This document shows, piece by piece, positions 1-13,248 of a stretch of 64,000 nucleotides of DNA. The notes below the pieces were generated by a model that saw only the letters and a program-made list of their open reading frames with translations, had not been told where the DNA came from and did not search any database. Every line of letters starts with the position of its first letter. The stretch's first letter is position 1. This DNA comes from Phyllobates terribilis (Eukaryota), in NCBI RefSeq assembly GCF_046119375.1, contig NW_027362768.1, forward strand, positions 311,798,001 through 311,862,000, in the 5' to 3' direction. Both the position numbers and the translations under genes were made by a program.

Positions 1-121
1 CATTTGATTAAGTATTGTGAGCGTCGTGTAAGTAAAGAAAAAAAAGGTCAGTTACGCCCGTATAGCTTGTATACGCTCTGCAGGAGTATTTCTTTCTGGG
101 AGTACTACTCTGCAGGGAGAT

Positions 122-3100
122 TTGATTGAATTTCAGGTATTTGTGGATTGTGATTCAACACTTAATGTGATTAATAAAGGGTTTTTGGAAAACCTTAAAT
201 TGAAATCCAAACCTTTGTCATCACCTATTTCTGTGATTGCAATTGATAACACTCCTTTTGAAATGTATTACTCACAAGACTACTGCATTTTCCCTCACTA
301 TCAATGGAGTTCACCAAGAAATTTTGGACTTGGTTGTTTTAGATAATTTACCCTCTCCAGTTCTAAGATTGCCTTGGTTAAAACCGTACAATCCTTTATT
401 GGACTGGTCTACTAATGTGATTAAGTCTTGGAATCTGAAGTGCTATGATAAATGTTGTAATGGTCGCATTGCGGCTGTGGAAAAAGGTGAATTACCTGTA
501 CCTATTCAAGATTTTTGGAGTGTTATTTTTGGAGGAGGAGTCGCAAGTTTTACCTCCTCATAGGGATTATGATTGCGCCATTGAGTTTGTTCCGGGAGCT
601 GCTCTTCCCAAGAGTCGCTTGTTTAATCTGACTATCCCTGAAAGAAAGACCTTGGAGGAGTACATACAGACTAGCCTGGCCGCTAGTCACATTAGACCTT
701 CTAAGTCGCCTGTGGCAGTTGGATTTTTCTTTGTTAAAAAAAAGGACGGCCGTTTACGTCCATGTCTGGATTTTTGTGAAATTAATAAGATTACCGTACG
801 CAATTCCTACACTTTGCCGTTAATTCCTGACTTGTTTAACCAGTTAGTGGGGGCCAAGTGGTTCTCCAAATTTGATCTCCGGGGGGCATACAATTTGTTT
901 CGAGTGAAGGAGGGTGATGAATGGAAAACTGCTTTTAACACTTCAGTAGGTCATTTTGAGAATCTGGTGATGCCTTTTAATCTTACCAATGCACCTGCAT
1001 TTTTTCAGAACCTTATTAATGACATCCTGAGACCTTTGATTGGTAAGAATGTGGTTGTGTATTTGGATGACATTTTGATTTATTCACCAGATCTAGAGTC
1101 CCATTGACAGAGTGTACGTGAAGTTTTACAGTTATTGAGTGATAATTCACTCTTTGCTAAGCTGGAGAAATGTGAGTTCGCTGTGCAGAAAATTAGTTTT
1201 TTGGGCTACATTGTCTCCAGCGAGGGCTTTGAGATGGACCCTGTGAAGGCTCAGGCTGTGCAGGAATGGCCTAGGCCTGTTGGTTTGAAATCTATACAGA
1301 GATTTTTGGGTTTTGCCAATTATTACAGGAAATTTATTAAGAATTTTTCTGTAATTGTTAAACCTCTAACCGATCTCACCAGGAAAGGTGCGAATACGGC
1401 CCAGTGGACTACTGAGGCCATTGAAGCGTTTGAGTATCTCAAAGAGATACTGCCCCTATCCTTATGCAGCCTGATGAGACCAAGCCTTTTTTGGTCGAGG
1501 TCGATGCTTCATCAGTGGGGGTCGGAGCAGTTTTGTCTCAGAACAAGGGTGGAGTACATCCTTGTGCCTTCTTTTAGAAAATTTTTTCGGAAACCGAACT
1601 GAATTATGATGTTGGAAATCAGGAGTTGCTGGCTATTAAACTTGCGTTTGAACATTGGCGTCATTTTTTGGAAGGCGCTAGATTTCCTATTCAGGTTTTC
1701 ACAGATCATAAGAATTTGATTTATCTGGATGCTGCCAAGTGTTTGAATGCTCGTCAAGCTAATTGGGCACTTTTTTTTCTCGGTTTCATTTCTCTGCTAC
1801 CTATATCCCTGGTACTAAGAATGTTAAAGCTGATGCTTTATCTCGCAGCTTCTCTCCTACGGTCGGTGGCGAGGAGGAGGAGAGCATTTTACAGAAAGGA
1901 GTTGTGGTGGCGGCATTGGACTCAGTTTTGGAGGATGGGATTCTGAAAGCTCAAGATGATGCTCCATCTAACACTCCCCATGGGAGGTTGTTCGTGCCTA
2001 GAGCCTTTAGGAGAGATTTGTTTGTGGAGTGTCATGAGTCTCGGTTGGCCGGTCATCCAGGAATTTCTGAGACTAAGAGACTTATCAGTCACAGTTTTTG
2101 GTGGCCTGGATGGCAGAAGGAAGTCATCAAGTGGGTGCATGAGTGTACTGTGTGTGCTAGGTCAAAGGCTTCACATACTCCTGCTGCGGGGTTGCTTTGC
2201 CCTCTGGAGGTTCCTAGTGCGCCTTGGACGCATCTCACAATGGATTTTATTACTGATCTTCCTGTGTCCGAGGGTTTTACTGTCATCTGGGTTGTCGTGG
2301 ACCGTTTTAGTAAGATGTGTCATTTGGTTCCATTCATTAAATTGCCCTGCGCCAAGACACTCGCTAAGGCGTTTGTTAAGGAGATTGTCAAGCTCCATGG
2401 CGTTCCCACAGATATTGTTTCTGATAGAGGACCTCAGTTTGTGGCTCGCTTTTGGCGTGCTTTTTGTGACAGGTTGGGAGTCCATTTGTCATTTTCGTCT
2501 GGTTATCATCCTGAGTCTAATGGACAGACAGAAAGAAAGAACCAGGATGTTGAACAGTTTTTGCGTTGTTTTGTGGCGGACAATCAAGAGGTGTGGTCTG
2601 AGTTTCTGCCTCTCGCAGAATTTGCTCTTAACAATCATACATCCTCCTCTGCTGGGTGTTCTCCTTTTTTTTGTTGTACTGGGAGACATCCGTCTTTTGG
2701 TTCGTTCTCCAAATTGGGGTTGGCGGTGCTGGAGGAGGAGAATTTTTCTGGTGATTTGGAGAGAGTTTGAACTAATGTACGTTGCAACCTTCAAGAGGCT
2801 AACAAGAAGTCCAAGAAGTATTTTGACAGGAAACGTAAGGAGTCTTTGTTTACTGTGGGTGACATGGTTTGGTTGTCCTCGAATAACCTACGGTTGAGGA
2901 TTCCCTCTAAAAAACTGGGTCCTAAGTTTGTGGGTCCATTTAAAGTGCTTCAGGTTGTTAACCCATCTGCTGTTAGGTTGGATGTCCCTACTTCCTGGAA
3001 GATTAATCCTGTGTTTCATATTTCCTTGTTGAAAAAGGCTGATGTATCTGATAGGGACGCCACTGTCACAGTTCCTCCTGTGGTGGAAGACGGCGATTAT

Positions 3101-3292
3101 GAAATTTCTCGTATCTTGAATTCTAGCTGGCATAGAGGGAGATTACAGTATCTTGTCTCCTGGAAGGGTTTCGGTCCCGAAGATAACTCCTGGGTTAGGA
3201 CGGATGATGTCTCTGCTCCTAGGCTTGTTAAAGCTTTCCACAGGAGGTTTCCGGATAGGCCTGGGCCTGGAGGATCCGGAGGATCCTCATAA
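122..3292 (+). pseudogene. Disrupted Gypsy pol (PR-RT-RH-IN-chromodomain)
   Basis: Split over ORFs 122-346, 445-1107, 1135-1602, 1626-1946, 1763-2770 and 2846-3292 by stops and frameshifts. Confidence 0.92.
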
Positions 3293-3304
3293 AAGAGGGA
3301 GTAC

Positions 3305-3739
3305 TGTTAGAACCCTCCTGTTTGTTTTTTTCCATCTTGTGTTTTGCGGTCACGTGACCATCTGCCTTTATATTCCAGCTCCGCCCTTGTGGCTGTGCTG
3401 GACTTCAGTGTTTGACTGTTTCTCTAGCCTGGTGCTTCGGTGCCTTTCTCTTTCAAGTTCGCTTGGCCCTCTGGGACCTCTAGTACATTTTTGTCTGTTT
3501 GTCTTTTTGTGTTCTGCAACAAGTTCTCTGTTTAGGAGATGTCCAATTTTCGTCCCAGTCCTTAGTTCTTTTAGGGATTCCTCCCTTAATTCTATAGGTC
3601 TTCGTTCAGACTAGCCGAGGACTAGGCTGGTCTGTTCACTAGGAACAGGTAGCCCGCTACATCGTAGGGATTCAGCTTAGTCTTACTGTAGGGACAGCTT
3701 TCCCTTATCTTTCCTTAGTACATGTTGCAGATCATAACA
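3305..3739 (+). repeat. 3' LTR of family A
   Basis: TG...CA ends, preceded by the PPT; matches the LTR at 28051-28483. Confidence 0.92.
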
Positions 3740-4049
3740 CTATGTGCTGCTGAGCCTCCGGGCGTCTGATGGGGCCAGGAGACCTGCAGTCTCCTGCCCT
3801 CCGGTTTCTGCTGCTGGGCCTTCAGTGCCCCACAACCTCAGACTCCGGTGTCTGGTTCTTCTATGCTCCTCTTCGCTGTCCTGTATTCAACTCCTCTCAC
3901 TAACTCTAACTAACCCCGCCTCCAGATTCCAGTTGCTAAGGGGAGGAGCTCCCCTTGCTGGTCTGGAGCCAGGAAAGTGTTGCATGCTAGTATACCTGAC
4001 TAGGGGACCCCTGCTTGCTTCCAGGCATGGCATCACCTCTTGTGAGGGA

Positions 4050-4500
4050 GGCAATGCCACTGTGGCAACCGGACCCCTGGGGTGCCACACAAGCACTTGT
4101 TATGTTGGAGGATGAGTATGTGGGAGCGCCAGTGCACACGGTCAGAAGACCAAAGCAGGACATGTCAGATAATGATGAAACTCAGTTGCCAGCTGCATCA
4201 TTTTTCTACAGTATGGAGACTGTCAAGGAGGGCAGGGTTGAGGTGTTGGTGGACGCTGATGCTGGTGTTGAAGAGGTCCTAGACCCCACATGGAGCTGAG
4301 GCCTTCCTAGTGATGTGCGTAGCTCGGAGGAAGAACAGGTGGCCACGCTGCCACAGCAGCACAGCAAAAGAGGGAGCAGGGTACAAAGGCACAGCGGGCA
4401 GCCCCTAGCCAGTACGTCGGCTGCTACTGCACATGGCGCCGCTGAAATTAGCACACCGAAGTCAGCTCAAAAGAGCTCTCTGGCGTGGCATTTCTTCAGG
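4050..4500 (+). pseudogene. hAT transposase N-terminal remnant
   Basis: Acidic DETQL...DPTW segment and SSLAWHFF (start of a BED finger) parallel DETQL...DPTW...SSRVWNFF in the transposase at 51344-54339. Confidence 0.6.
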
Positions 4501-6059
4501 GAGATAAAAACTCCTTGCAGATGTTTTCCTTGGTTGAATTTGAACACAGGACCCCAGCACTCCAAAGCTGCAGTGCTAACCACAGAGCCACCATCCTGCC
4601 CTGCCTTTTCCACCAATACCACCACGTCCACCACATACTCCACTTGAACCTGTTCCTCCTGGTTCAAGATTCTTATTTTTTATTTCTGCTCTGCTCAGTG
4701 TAGGGACAGGACGCAGCTGTAGTGAAGGACAGGTTTTGCGTGTGCGCAGTTTAAAAAAAACACTCTCTATGTGTAATCTGCGTCAAGCCGTTCAGGTGAA
4801 CTGATTTTTTCTCTCTCTACGATGGTATTCTTTAACCCATGTCTGTGTGAGTACTTTGCCAAAAACCGCTGCGTGTATTCTTTAACACATATCTGTGGGA
4901 GAACTTTGCCAAAAGCCGCTGTGTGTATTCTTTAACTCATATCTGTGGGAGTACTGTGCCTTTAAGCCACTATGTGTACTCTGCAATTTTGCCTGTGGGA
5001 TTAATGTGTTCCATTGTTTGGGTTTGAAATTTTTAATCAGTTTTCTCAGGGAAATGTGAAAACATGCTCTGTCTGTGAAATTTGTCATCAGCTTCTGTGG
5101 GTTAAATGTGTAAACATGCTATCTCTGTGAAATTTTTAACTGGACTGCCAGTAGAAAGCCTCACCGCGGAGTGCCAGCTCGATCAAAGATCATACTACCA
5201 GCTTTTCATTGGCGGCATTTGTAACATACTCTACTGGAGCAGACATTTTTCAGCTCTGGGGGTACGGTGCCCCATTGTTTGGGTGTGAAATTTTTCATCA
5301 GCTTTCTCAAGGAAATGTGAAAACATTTACTGTAATCTTATGTGGGACTATTGTTCCCCATGCTCTGGGGCTAAATTTTTGTAACTTTTTCTGTGGGGGT
5401 TTTGTGCACCATGCTCTGTGGCTGAAATTTCAAGGGCCCAATAAAAAAGGTTGCATAATCGTTTAATCCAGACTGGTGCTAAAGGCCCAGGCGTGGTTGC
5501 TTGCTTTGAACAGTAATTTTTTCAAGGTAAACGCTTTGAGATTCAGGACCTACTATGTTTTCCTTAGATGCATTTGCAGTACAAACAGTACTGTAGCATA
5601 CATTTTTTAACATTTGGGATATCATGCCCCATGCTCTGTGGCTGAAATTGTTAAACTTCTTCTGTGGTGCTTTTGTGCACCATGCTCTGTGGCTGAAATT
5701 TTTAATAATCTTATGTGAGGGTATTATTCCCCATCCTCTGTGGGTGAAATTTGAATCAGCTTCTGTAGGGGTACTTTGCCCTATGGACTGGGGTGAAGTT
5801 TGTAAGCTGCTTTTGTGGGGATACTCTCCCCATGCTCCGTGGGTGACATTTTTAACTTGGACTGGTGGTAGCAAGCCTCCGTCTCTGTGGGGGCACTGAT
5901 AAAATTTTTATGTTATTCATTCACTTCATATTTTACCTTGATTGCTGTGGTGAAATAACCCCTTTAAGTCATTTTCCTATTCACCTTTGTTTGCAGGGCA
6001 ATTGTCCTCCTCTTACACCCATTTTTCTTCCTTTTGCAGCCCCCTAGCCCTTACTCTGA

Positions 6060-6195
6060 CCGTTACAGCACTGAAGTTCGGGTCACCATTGACTTAATTG
6101 GCGTCCGGGGTCAAGTTCGGGTCCTGAACCGGACTTTTTAAAAAGTCCGGATGAACCCAGCGAACCCGAACATCCGACAGGTTCACTCATCACTA
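6060..6195 (+). mobile_element. Right terminus of a hAT-like DNA transposon
   Basis: Subterminal GTTCGGG/CCCGAAC motifs ending in CACTCATCACTA, whose reverse complement resembles the hAT left end TAGTGTTGAGCG at 49779. Confidence 0.6.
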
Positions 6196-6281
6196 TAAAT
6201 GAGGCCTCAGTTACTTCTGCAACAGCTGTTGCTATAATTACAGACTTTAGAGCGACTTATCAGTTGCCCCACCTTCACGAC

Positions 6282-6868
6282 TGTTAAAGGACGAGTTTCC
6301 CTCCAAAAATATCAGTTATTAATGGGGGACTCTCCTACACCTCTATTGAGGTCCGATATTAATTTTTAACATCAAACTTGACTATTAATAATTAATATCC
6401 ACTAACGTTATCTGTGCCTTATACTATATACCAACTGAGACAAAACCGTGTGCTAATAAAAGGTATTTATTACACAAAAGTCTACAGTTAATATACTACT
6501 ATTTATCCCACTAACACAGTACACAATAATAATAACAATATACAATTCCCAATTACCTATTTTCCACCCATGTTTCCTAATCACTCATGCGGCCCACCCA
6601 ACTATACTAACTTTCCCTATATATATATACAGATACAAGGATATCAATATCTAGGAGGGTTAGTACAGGGTATGTAGGGCTAGTAAGTAAAGAGTTACAG
6701 GGGAAGAGAGATACTCAGCCATGTGTTGTTCTGTCCATGTCTCCAAGAGTCCAAAAACGGCTAGCACATGAGTGCTCTGGGGTTTTAAGTCCAGCACAGG
6801 AAATGATGTATTATTCCCCGCCCACTGGCTAAGGTCTTTGTTCATGTCCAACCATACTCGCAAAACCA
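6282..6868 (-). repeat. 3' LTR of element C
   Basis: Minus strand reads TGGTTTTGCG...CCTTTAACA; nearly identical to 17506-18093. Confidence 0.8.
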
Positions 6869-7254
6869 GTTCTTCCCTGCCGTTCACCGTAATCTAACGT
6901 CTCCATCCATAGAAAACACCTGGCTTCTTTCTTGGTCTTTAATCAAAGTTTTTTTTTTGTCATCAAAGTCTTTTTTTTTTTTTCGTCTTTCCTTGGTTCT
7001 GGCAATCTTCAGGTATCCGCCTATCCCAGAGCCATCATTCTCAGACTCTGGACTGGCTTTCACCCTCACAGTCCATAGGTCGGCCAACATCATCTCGTTT
7101 ACACCCCTCACCTTGCCAGACTTTCCGTTACTCTCCGACAGCTTGTTTCCGCTGGATTTTGAGTATGTCTGGCGTGATGAGACTGCTGGGTGTCACAGTC
7201 TGTAGTTGGGCCTCACAGCATTCTTTCAGCGGAGGCACGACTCTCTTCAGGGAC

Positions 7255-7348
7255 GACTTTGCCTTTGCTCAGGAACGATTTTGCCTTTGCTCAGGAACGA
7301 CTTTGCCTTTGCTCAGGAACAACTTTGCCTTTGCTCAGGAACAACTTT
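7255..7348. repeat. 22-bp minisatellite, about 4 copies
   Basis: Unit (G/A)ACTTTGCCTTTGCTCAGGAAC repeated in tandem. Confidence 0.9.
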
Positions 7349-8110
7349 GAGTGTTGATTAAAGAAGATCGCTGAGGCGGTTCCTCCATGAATAGATACGT
7401 AGATCTTTACTAGGCAGGTCAGAATTTCTCGAGTAGGGAGTGATGTCAAAATACCTAAGTAGACTGCGGGGAGAAACACCGTCTGATTCTAACAGACATT
7501 CAATCCATCCCTTACGAACTTCACAATAGCTAGGGTTAAAGTGGCAAATACCTTATAAAGTGAGGGGACCTGTCCCTAGAGAACCTAACTCTATTTCCCC
7601 ATTCACACACACAATACAATTCCATTGCAAAATAAGCTTTTGGTTTGAATACATATAGAGACTTGAGCTAAAATAGCATGTATTCTAACTGATCCATAGA
7701 GCACATGCAGATCATTGACCCATGTATAATTGGAGTAACTACCGGCTGCAAGTGCATGAACACCGTTACATGAACACACTTATTGTGGACTGAGTATGTC
7801 CATGCACAGGTAGTTCTGCATTTACACCTAAAGTGTCTATATGTACACATATGGAATTTCAGTATACAGTAAAACTCAAATTTATATTAAATTATATATA
7901 CACAATAAATATTGGATTCGGGGTAAAGGACTGTGTTTGTCTTATGTCCTTAACCCCTGTCTCTGGCTGAGCTCATGGTGCTTAGCCTGACTTCTGTGCA
8001 GTTGGGCAGACAGTCTTTTGATCCTCCTGCAAATCAGAAACAGTCCAATATATAAGATTACGACCAGGAGGCAATGACTGGAAGAGGCAGCTTTGGGGCT
8101 TTATTACAGT

Positions 8111-9034
8111 TGTAACGGGTCTGGGAGGCGGAACCTCTGAGCAACTTATACAAGGGGGCGGTCCTTGTAATGAAGCGGGTGGCGACCAGGGAAGACAGGC
8201 AGGTAGTCACAGCAGGTGACCGGGACAGTCTCTGGGTAAACGGGCAGGAGGTCACGGCAAGTGACCGGGACAGTCTCTGGGTAAACGGGCAGGAGGTCAC
8301 AGCAAGTGACCGGGGCAGTCTCTGGGTGAACGGGCAGGAGGTCACGGCAAGTGACGGCGGAGCCTCCAGGTAGGCTAACAGGCAGGTAGCAGATGAGCGC
8401 TCCCAGGTGAGCGGGCAAGAGTCTCTGGACTGGCAGGTGGTCACAGCACGTGACGGCGGAGCCTCCAGGTAGGCTAACAGGCAGGTAGCAGATGAGCGCT
8501 CCCAGGTGAGCGGGCAAGAGTCTCTAGACTGGCAGGTGGTCACAGCACGTGACGGCGGAGCCTCCAGGTAGGCTAACAGACGGGTAGCAGGTGAGCGCTC
8601 CCAGGTGAGCGGGCAAGCTGGTCCATAGACAGACTGACAGATGTCGGAAGGCAGACCGTCGGACCTCAGGCTAGCAAGCAGGTAAGCGGATAACAGGCAG
8701 GAATCAGACAGCAAACTGGCAGGAAACTGGCAGGTAACTGGAAACGGGACCTGAGGGCTGAAGCAGAGTAGTGAACAGTGCAACAACATTGCTCGGGCAC
8801 CTCCATTTTGGAGGAGGTGCCTTATATATGGTGAAGTCCTCCGGCCATTGGCCGGGGACTCCTTAGGACGGCGCGCGCGGCCCCTTTAAGAGGGAGGGAG
8901 CGCGCGCCCTAAGCACCGTGGCCGGGAAGGAGCGCGCGCTGCCAGCAGAGCGGGAGGAGGACGCCGGGCTCGGAGCGGAGAGGTGAGGGGAACAGCGTCC
9001 CTGCCTAGCAGAGGGCAGGGACGCCGACGCTACA
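8111..9034 (-). repeat. 3' LTR of family B
   Basis: Preceded on the minus strand by a G-rich PPT (plus strand 9035-9065); contains 99-bp and 45-bp internal tandem repeats. Confidence 0.95.
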
Positions 9035-12000
9035 GTACCCCCCCCTTTAGGCCCCCCCTTTTTTAGGCCAGACAGAAATTTAGCAAGGATGAGAGGGGCA
9101 TGGATGTTCTCCCGGGGCTCCCACGTTCTCTCTTCAGGACCAAACCCCTTCCAATCTACTAGAAAAAAGGTCTTTCCTCTTACCCTTTTTGTGGCCAGAA
9201 TGTTCTCTACCTCAAACTCGTTTTCAGCGGAAACCGGAGCAGGAGGCGTACCTGTAGACTTGGAAAAAGAGTTAAGTACCACGGGTTTGAGGAGAGATAC
9301 ATGGAAGGAGTTAGGGATCCGCAAGTTGGCCGGGAGTTTCAATTTATAGGCCACCGGGTTGATCTGACTGATGACCTCCAGAGGACCGATGAACCGAGGC
9401 CCTAACTTATAGGAAGGAATCTTGAGCCGGACATACTTGGACGAGAGCCAGACCTTATCCCCTGGACGGAATTGAGGAGGATCCAGACGTTTTTTGTCAG
9501 CATGTCTTTTCATACGCTCGGACGACTGAAGGAGTGCAGACCGGGTACTCTCCCTCATGGAGGAAAATTTGTTAACAAGAGATTCCGCAGCCGGATTATC
9601 CACCGAGGTGGAGACGGGAAATGGGATCCGAGGATGCTGACCGAAGACTACAAAAAACGGGGATTCGGAGGAAGATTCGCTCTCGTGATTGTTGTAAGAG
9701 AATTCGGCCCATGGCAGGAGATCCACCCAGTCAGAATGGTGGGCATTAACGAAGTGCCGGAGGTAACTGGTCAGGATCTGATTGATCCGCTCCACTTGAC
9801 CATTAGACTGTGGGTGGTAAGCGGAGGAGAAGTCCAGGGTGACGTCTAGCAATTTACAAGTGGCTCTCCAGAAACGTGAGGTGAACTGTACCCCACGATC
9901 CGACACGATGTGGAGGGGCAGGCCATGAAGACGGAAGATGTGGCGGATAAAGTCTTTAGCCAGCTCGGGTGCAGACGGGAGGCCTGGCAGGGGAATAAAG
10001 TGAGCCATCTTGGAAAAGCGGTCAGCGACCACCCAAATGACCGTACAACCGGCAGAGACGGGGAGATCAGTTATGAAGTCCATAGCAATATGCTGCCAGG
10101 GGGCAGCAGGCACAGGAAGCGGAAGGAGGCGACCGGCTGGCAGGTGTCTCGGGACTTTGTTGCGGGCGCAGGACACACAGGCAGAAACAAAGTCTATTAC
10201 GTCCTTGTGCAGGGTAGGCCACCAGTAGTGCCGGGTAATAAGCTGGAGGGTCTTTTTCTGACTGGCGTGGCCAGCTAGTTTAGACGAATGGCCCCAGTGT
10301 AGGATCTTCTCCCGATCAGGTACTGAAACGAACGTCTTACCGGGAGGGAGACGATTTAGACTCACAGGAGCCACCTGCATTACTCTGGCGGGATCGATGA
10401 TATGTTTAGGTTCTTCCTCGAGATCGGACACCAGAAAGGATCGGGACAAGGCGTCTGCTTTGATGTTTTTGTCAGCCGGGCGAAAATGAAGAACAAAATC
10501 AAAGCGAGCAAAAAACAAGGACCACCGGGCTTGGCGCGGGTTAAGTCTCTGGGCATGCTGGAGGTAAGCCAAGTTCTTGTGGTCAGTGTAAACTATTACC
10601 GGGTGAAGAGCCCCCTCGAGTAGGTAACGCCACTCCTCCAATGCCAGCTTGATGGCCAATAACTCTCGGTCTCCTATGGAATAGTTGCGCTCAGAAGAGG
10701 AGAAGAGTTTGGAGAAGAAGCCACAAGTTACCATTCTCCCGGAAGACGATTTTTGGGTAAGTACCGCTCCGGCTCCAGAGGAGGAGGCGTCAACTTCCAG
10801 GAAGAACTGCTTGTTGCCGTCCGGGCGATGCAGCACCGGGGCGGAAGAGAAGGCCTGTTTTAAGGAAAGAAAGGCCTCCTCTGCTTCGGACGGCCACTCT
10901 CTGGGATTAGTGCCCTTACGGGTGAGCGCGGAAATTGGGGGCAGTCCGGGAAGAGAAGTGCGGTATGAAGAGGCGGTAGTAGTTGGCGAAGCCCAGGAAC
11001 CACTGAATAGCCTTCAACCCCTCCGGTCGAGGCCATTTCTCGATGGCAGACAGTTTCTCTGGATCCATTCGGAGGCCGGTCTGAGAAATAATGTAGCCCA
11101 AAAACGGAAGCGAGGTCTGCTCAAAGAGGCACTTCTCATATTTAGCGAAGAGGAGATTCTGCCTGAGCCTGAGCAGGACCTGACGAACATCTCTCCGGAT
11201 CTCCAGACTCACCGGAGGGAAGACCAAGATGTCGTCCAGGTACACCACTACGCAGGAGTAGAGAAGGTCCCGGAAGATGTCATTTACCAACTCTTGAAAG
11301 ACGGCAGGAGCATTACAGAGACCAAAGGGCATTACCAGATATTCATAGTGGCCGTCCCGGGTGTTGAATGCAGTCTTCCATTCATCCCCCTGACGGATAC
11401 GGACCAGGTTGTACGCCCCACGGAGGTCCAGTTTGGTGAAGATTCTAGCCCCCCTCAGACGATCAAATAACTCCGGAATGAGCGGAAGGGGGTACTTATT
11501 CTTCACCGTGATCTGGTTAAGGCATCTATAGTCTATGCAGGGACGGAGAGAGCCGTCCTTCTTTTTAACGAAAAAGAAGCCTGCTCCCGCCGGGGAGGTA
11601 GATTTCCGGATGAATCCCCGGGCCAGATTCTCCTCAATATATTCGGACATCGACCGGGTCTCAGCAGCGGACAATGGATAAATACGCCCACGGGGAGGCG
11701 TAGTACCGGGTAACAGGTCGATAGGACAGTCGTATGGTCTATGAGGGGGTAATGTCTCTGCCTCCTTTTTATTAAAGACATCAGCAAATGACCAATAAGG
11801 AATCGGAAGTCCAGGTAGATTAGTTGGGGTAGGAGAAGGACGGACGGGATGAACGGGAACCAAACAAGTCTTATGGCAGTCCTGTCCCCAACGAAGGACT
11901 TGTCCGGTCTTCCAGTCAAGCACGGGTGCATGTTTCTGGAGCCAAGGTAGGCCTAGTAAGAGGGCGTGAGAGAGTCCAGGCAGAACATGAAAAGAGATGC

Positions 12001-12304
12001 TCTCAGAATGCAGCATTCCCACCTGCAGAGTAATGGATTCGGTGATGAGTTGGATGGGACGTGGTAAGAGGCCCCCTTCCACGGCAGCGACAGATAGGGG
12101 TACAGCCAGAGGTTTGGTGGGAATGCGGTGTTTTTCTACCAAGGACTGTGAAATAAGATTCCCGGCTGCTCCAGAGTCAAGTTGGGCTAGTTCGAAAAAA
12201 CGTTTCTCCCCGCAGATAATTGAGACTGACAGCAGCAGAGATGGAGAGGATTTATTCTTGTCTAGGTCGACCTCTCTGAGCGAACCTAGACACAGGCGTT
12301 TCCC
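9035..12304 (-). pseudogene. Family B pol (PR-RT-RH-IN-chromodomain), with a frameshift near 10850-10920
   Basis: ORFs 10916-12142 (RT) and 8863-10836 (RNaseH-integrase-chromodomain; its tail runs into the LTR). Confidence 0.92.
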
Positions 12305-13235
12305 GACCTCTCCGGGCAGGTACGGATCCGGTGCTCCTTGCTGCCACAGTAGAAGCAGCTCCCCTTGGCACGGCGTAAGTCCTGACGGGTTTTGACCATC
12401 TTGGTCTGGTCGACCTGCATAGGCTCAGGAGAGTGTACCTGGGGAGAAACGGAGGGAGTGACGGGTTTCTGGAAGGTAGGAGCTAGACGTGGAAACCTCC
12501 TCTCACGGGTGACCTCTTTGGCACGCTCCTGGAACCGTAGGTCAATCCGGGTGGCAAGAGTTATTAAGTCATCGAGAGTGGTAGGAATGTCCCGACCGGC
12601 GAGTTCATCTTTAATACGGCCGGACAGACCCTCCCAGAAGACAGACACCAGAGCGTTGTTATCCCAGGCCAGCTCCGAGGCAAGGGTACGGAACCGTATG
12701 GCATATTGGCCCACGGTGAGACTTCCCTGACGGAGGCGTAGCAGAGACGATGCGGATGAGGTCTTCCGTCCGGGTTCGTCGAAGACTTTCCGGAAAGCCG
12801 TGAGAAAGGCAGGCAAGTCGGACACCAGGGGGTCTCCTCTCTCCCATAGAGGATTTAGCCAAGCCAGTGCCTCCCCCGTGAGATGGGACATGATGAAGGC
12901 TACTTTGGCCCGGTCGGAGTTAAACTGGTGGGACAGGAGTTCAAAGTGCAGGGTGCACTGGTTTATGAAGTCCCGAACCAGAGCGGAGTCGCCTCCGAAG
13001 CGAGGAGGTGCAGAAGCCGGGGTCCGGAGCAGGATACCATGGTATTGGTGGGCAGCAGAGCTGCCGGGTTGCGAGTCAAGACACTAGCGGTGGTTGCTGG
13101 TGGAGCAGTCAGAGTGTCCAGGCGAGAATTGACATTCCGCAGGTGACTCAGGATGGACTCCTGTTGGGAACTCTGACGGGAAAGTTCATGACAAAGGTCC
13201 GAGAGCGAGGGAGCTTGGGTGCCACCGGGTTCCAT
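12286..13235 (-). pseudogene. Family B gag with CCHC zinc knuckle, split by a frameshift
   Basis: ORFs 12963-13235 (MEPGG...) and 12286-12891 (...[14 protein letters not shown]). Confidence 0.9.
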
Positions 13236-13248
13236 GGCCCGAGCAAAC

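Larger units (their letters stand above)
1..3739 (+). mobile_element. Ty3/Gypsy chromodomain LTR retrotransposon, family A; 5' end lies outside the window
   Basis: Domain order is protease, RT (YLDD), RNaseH, integrase (HHCC; SDRGPQF), chromodomain (YLVSWKGFGPEDNSW), then purine tract AAAAGAGGGAG and an LTR TGTTAG...ATAACA. Near-identical to 28051-34221. Confidence 0.95.

Noticed and set aside
6884-7111. Lys-rich minus-strand ORF near the 3' LTR of element C as an env or accessory gene
   Set aside because: It is short, bounded upstream by a stop, lacks a signal peptide or TM segment, and the lysine run comes from a poly-T tract.
9089-11470. Long plus-strand ORFs such as 10685-11470, and similar antisense ORFs at 31782-32426 and 51808-52407
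   Set aside because: They are antisense shadows of pol or transposase with no recognisable motifs.
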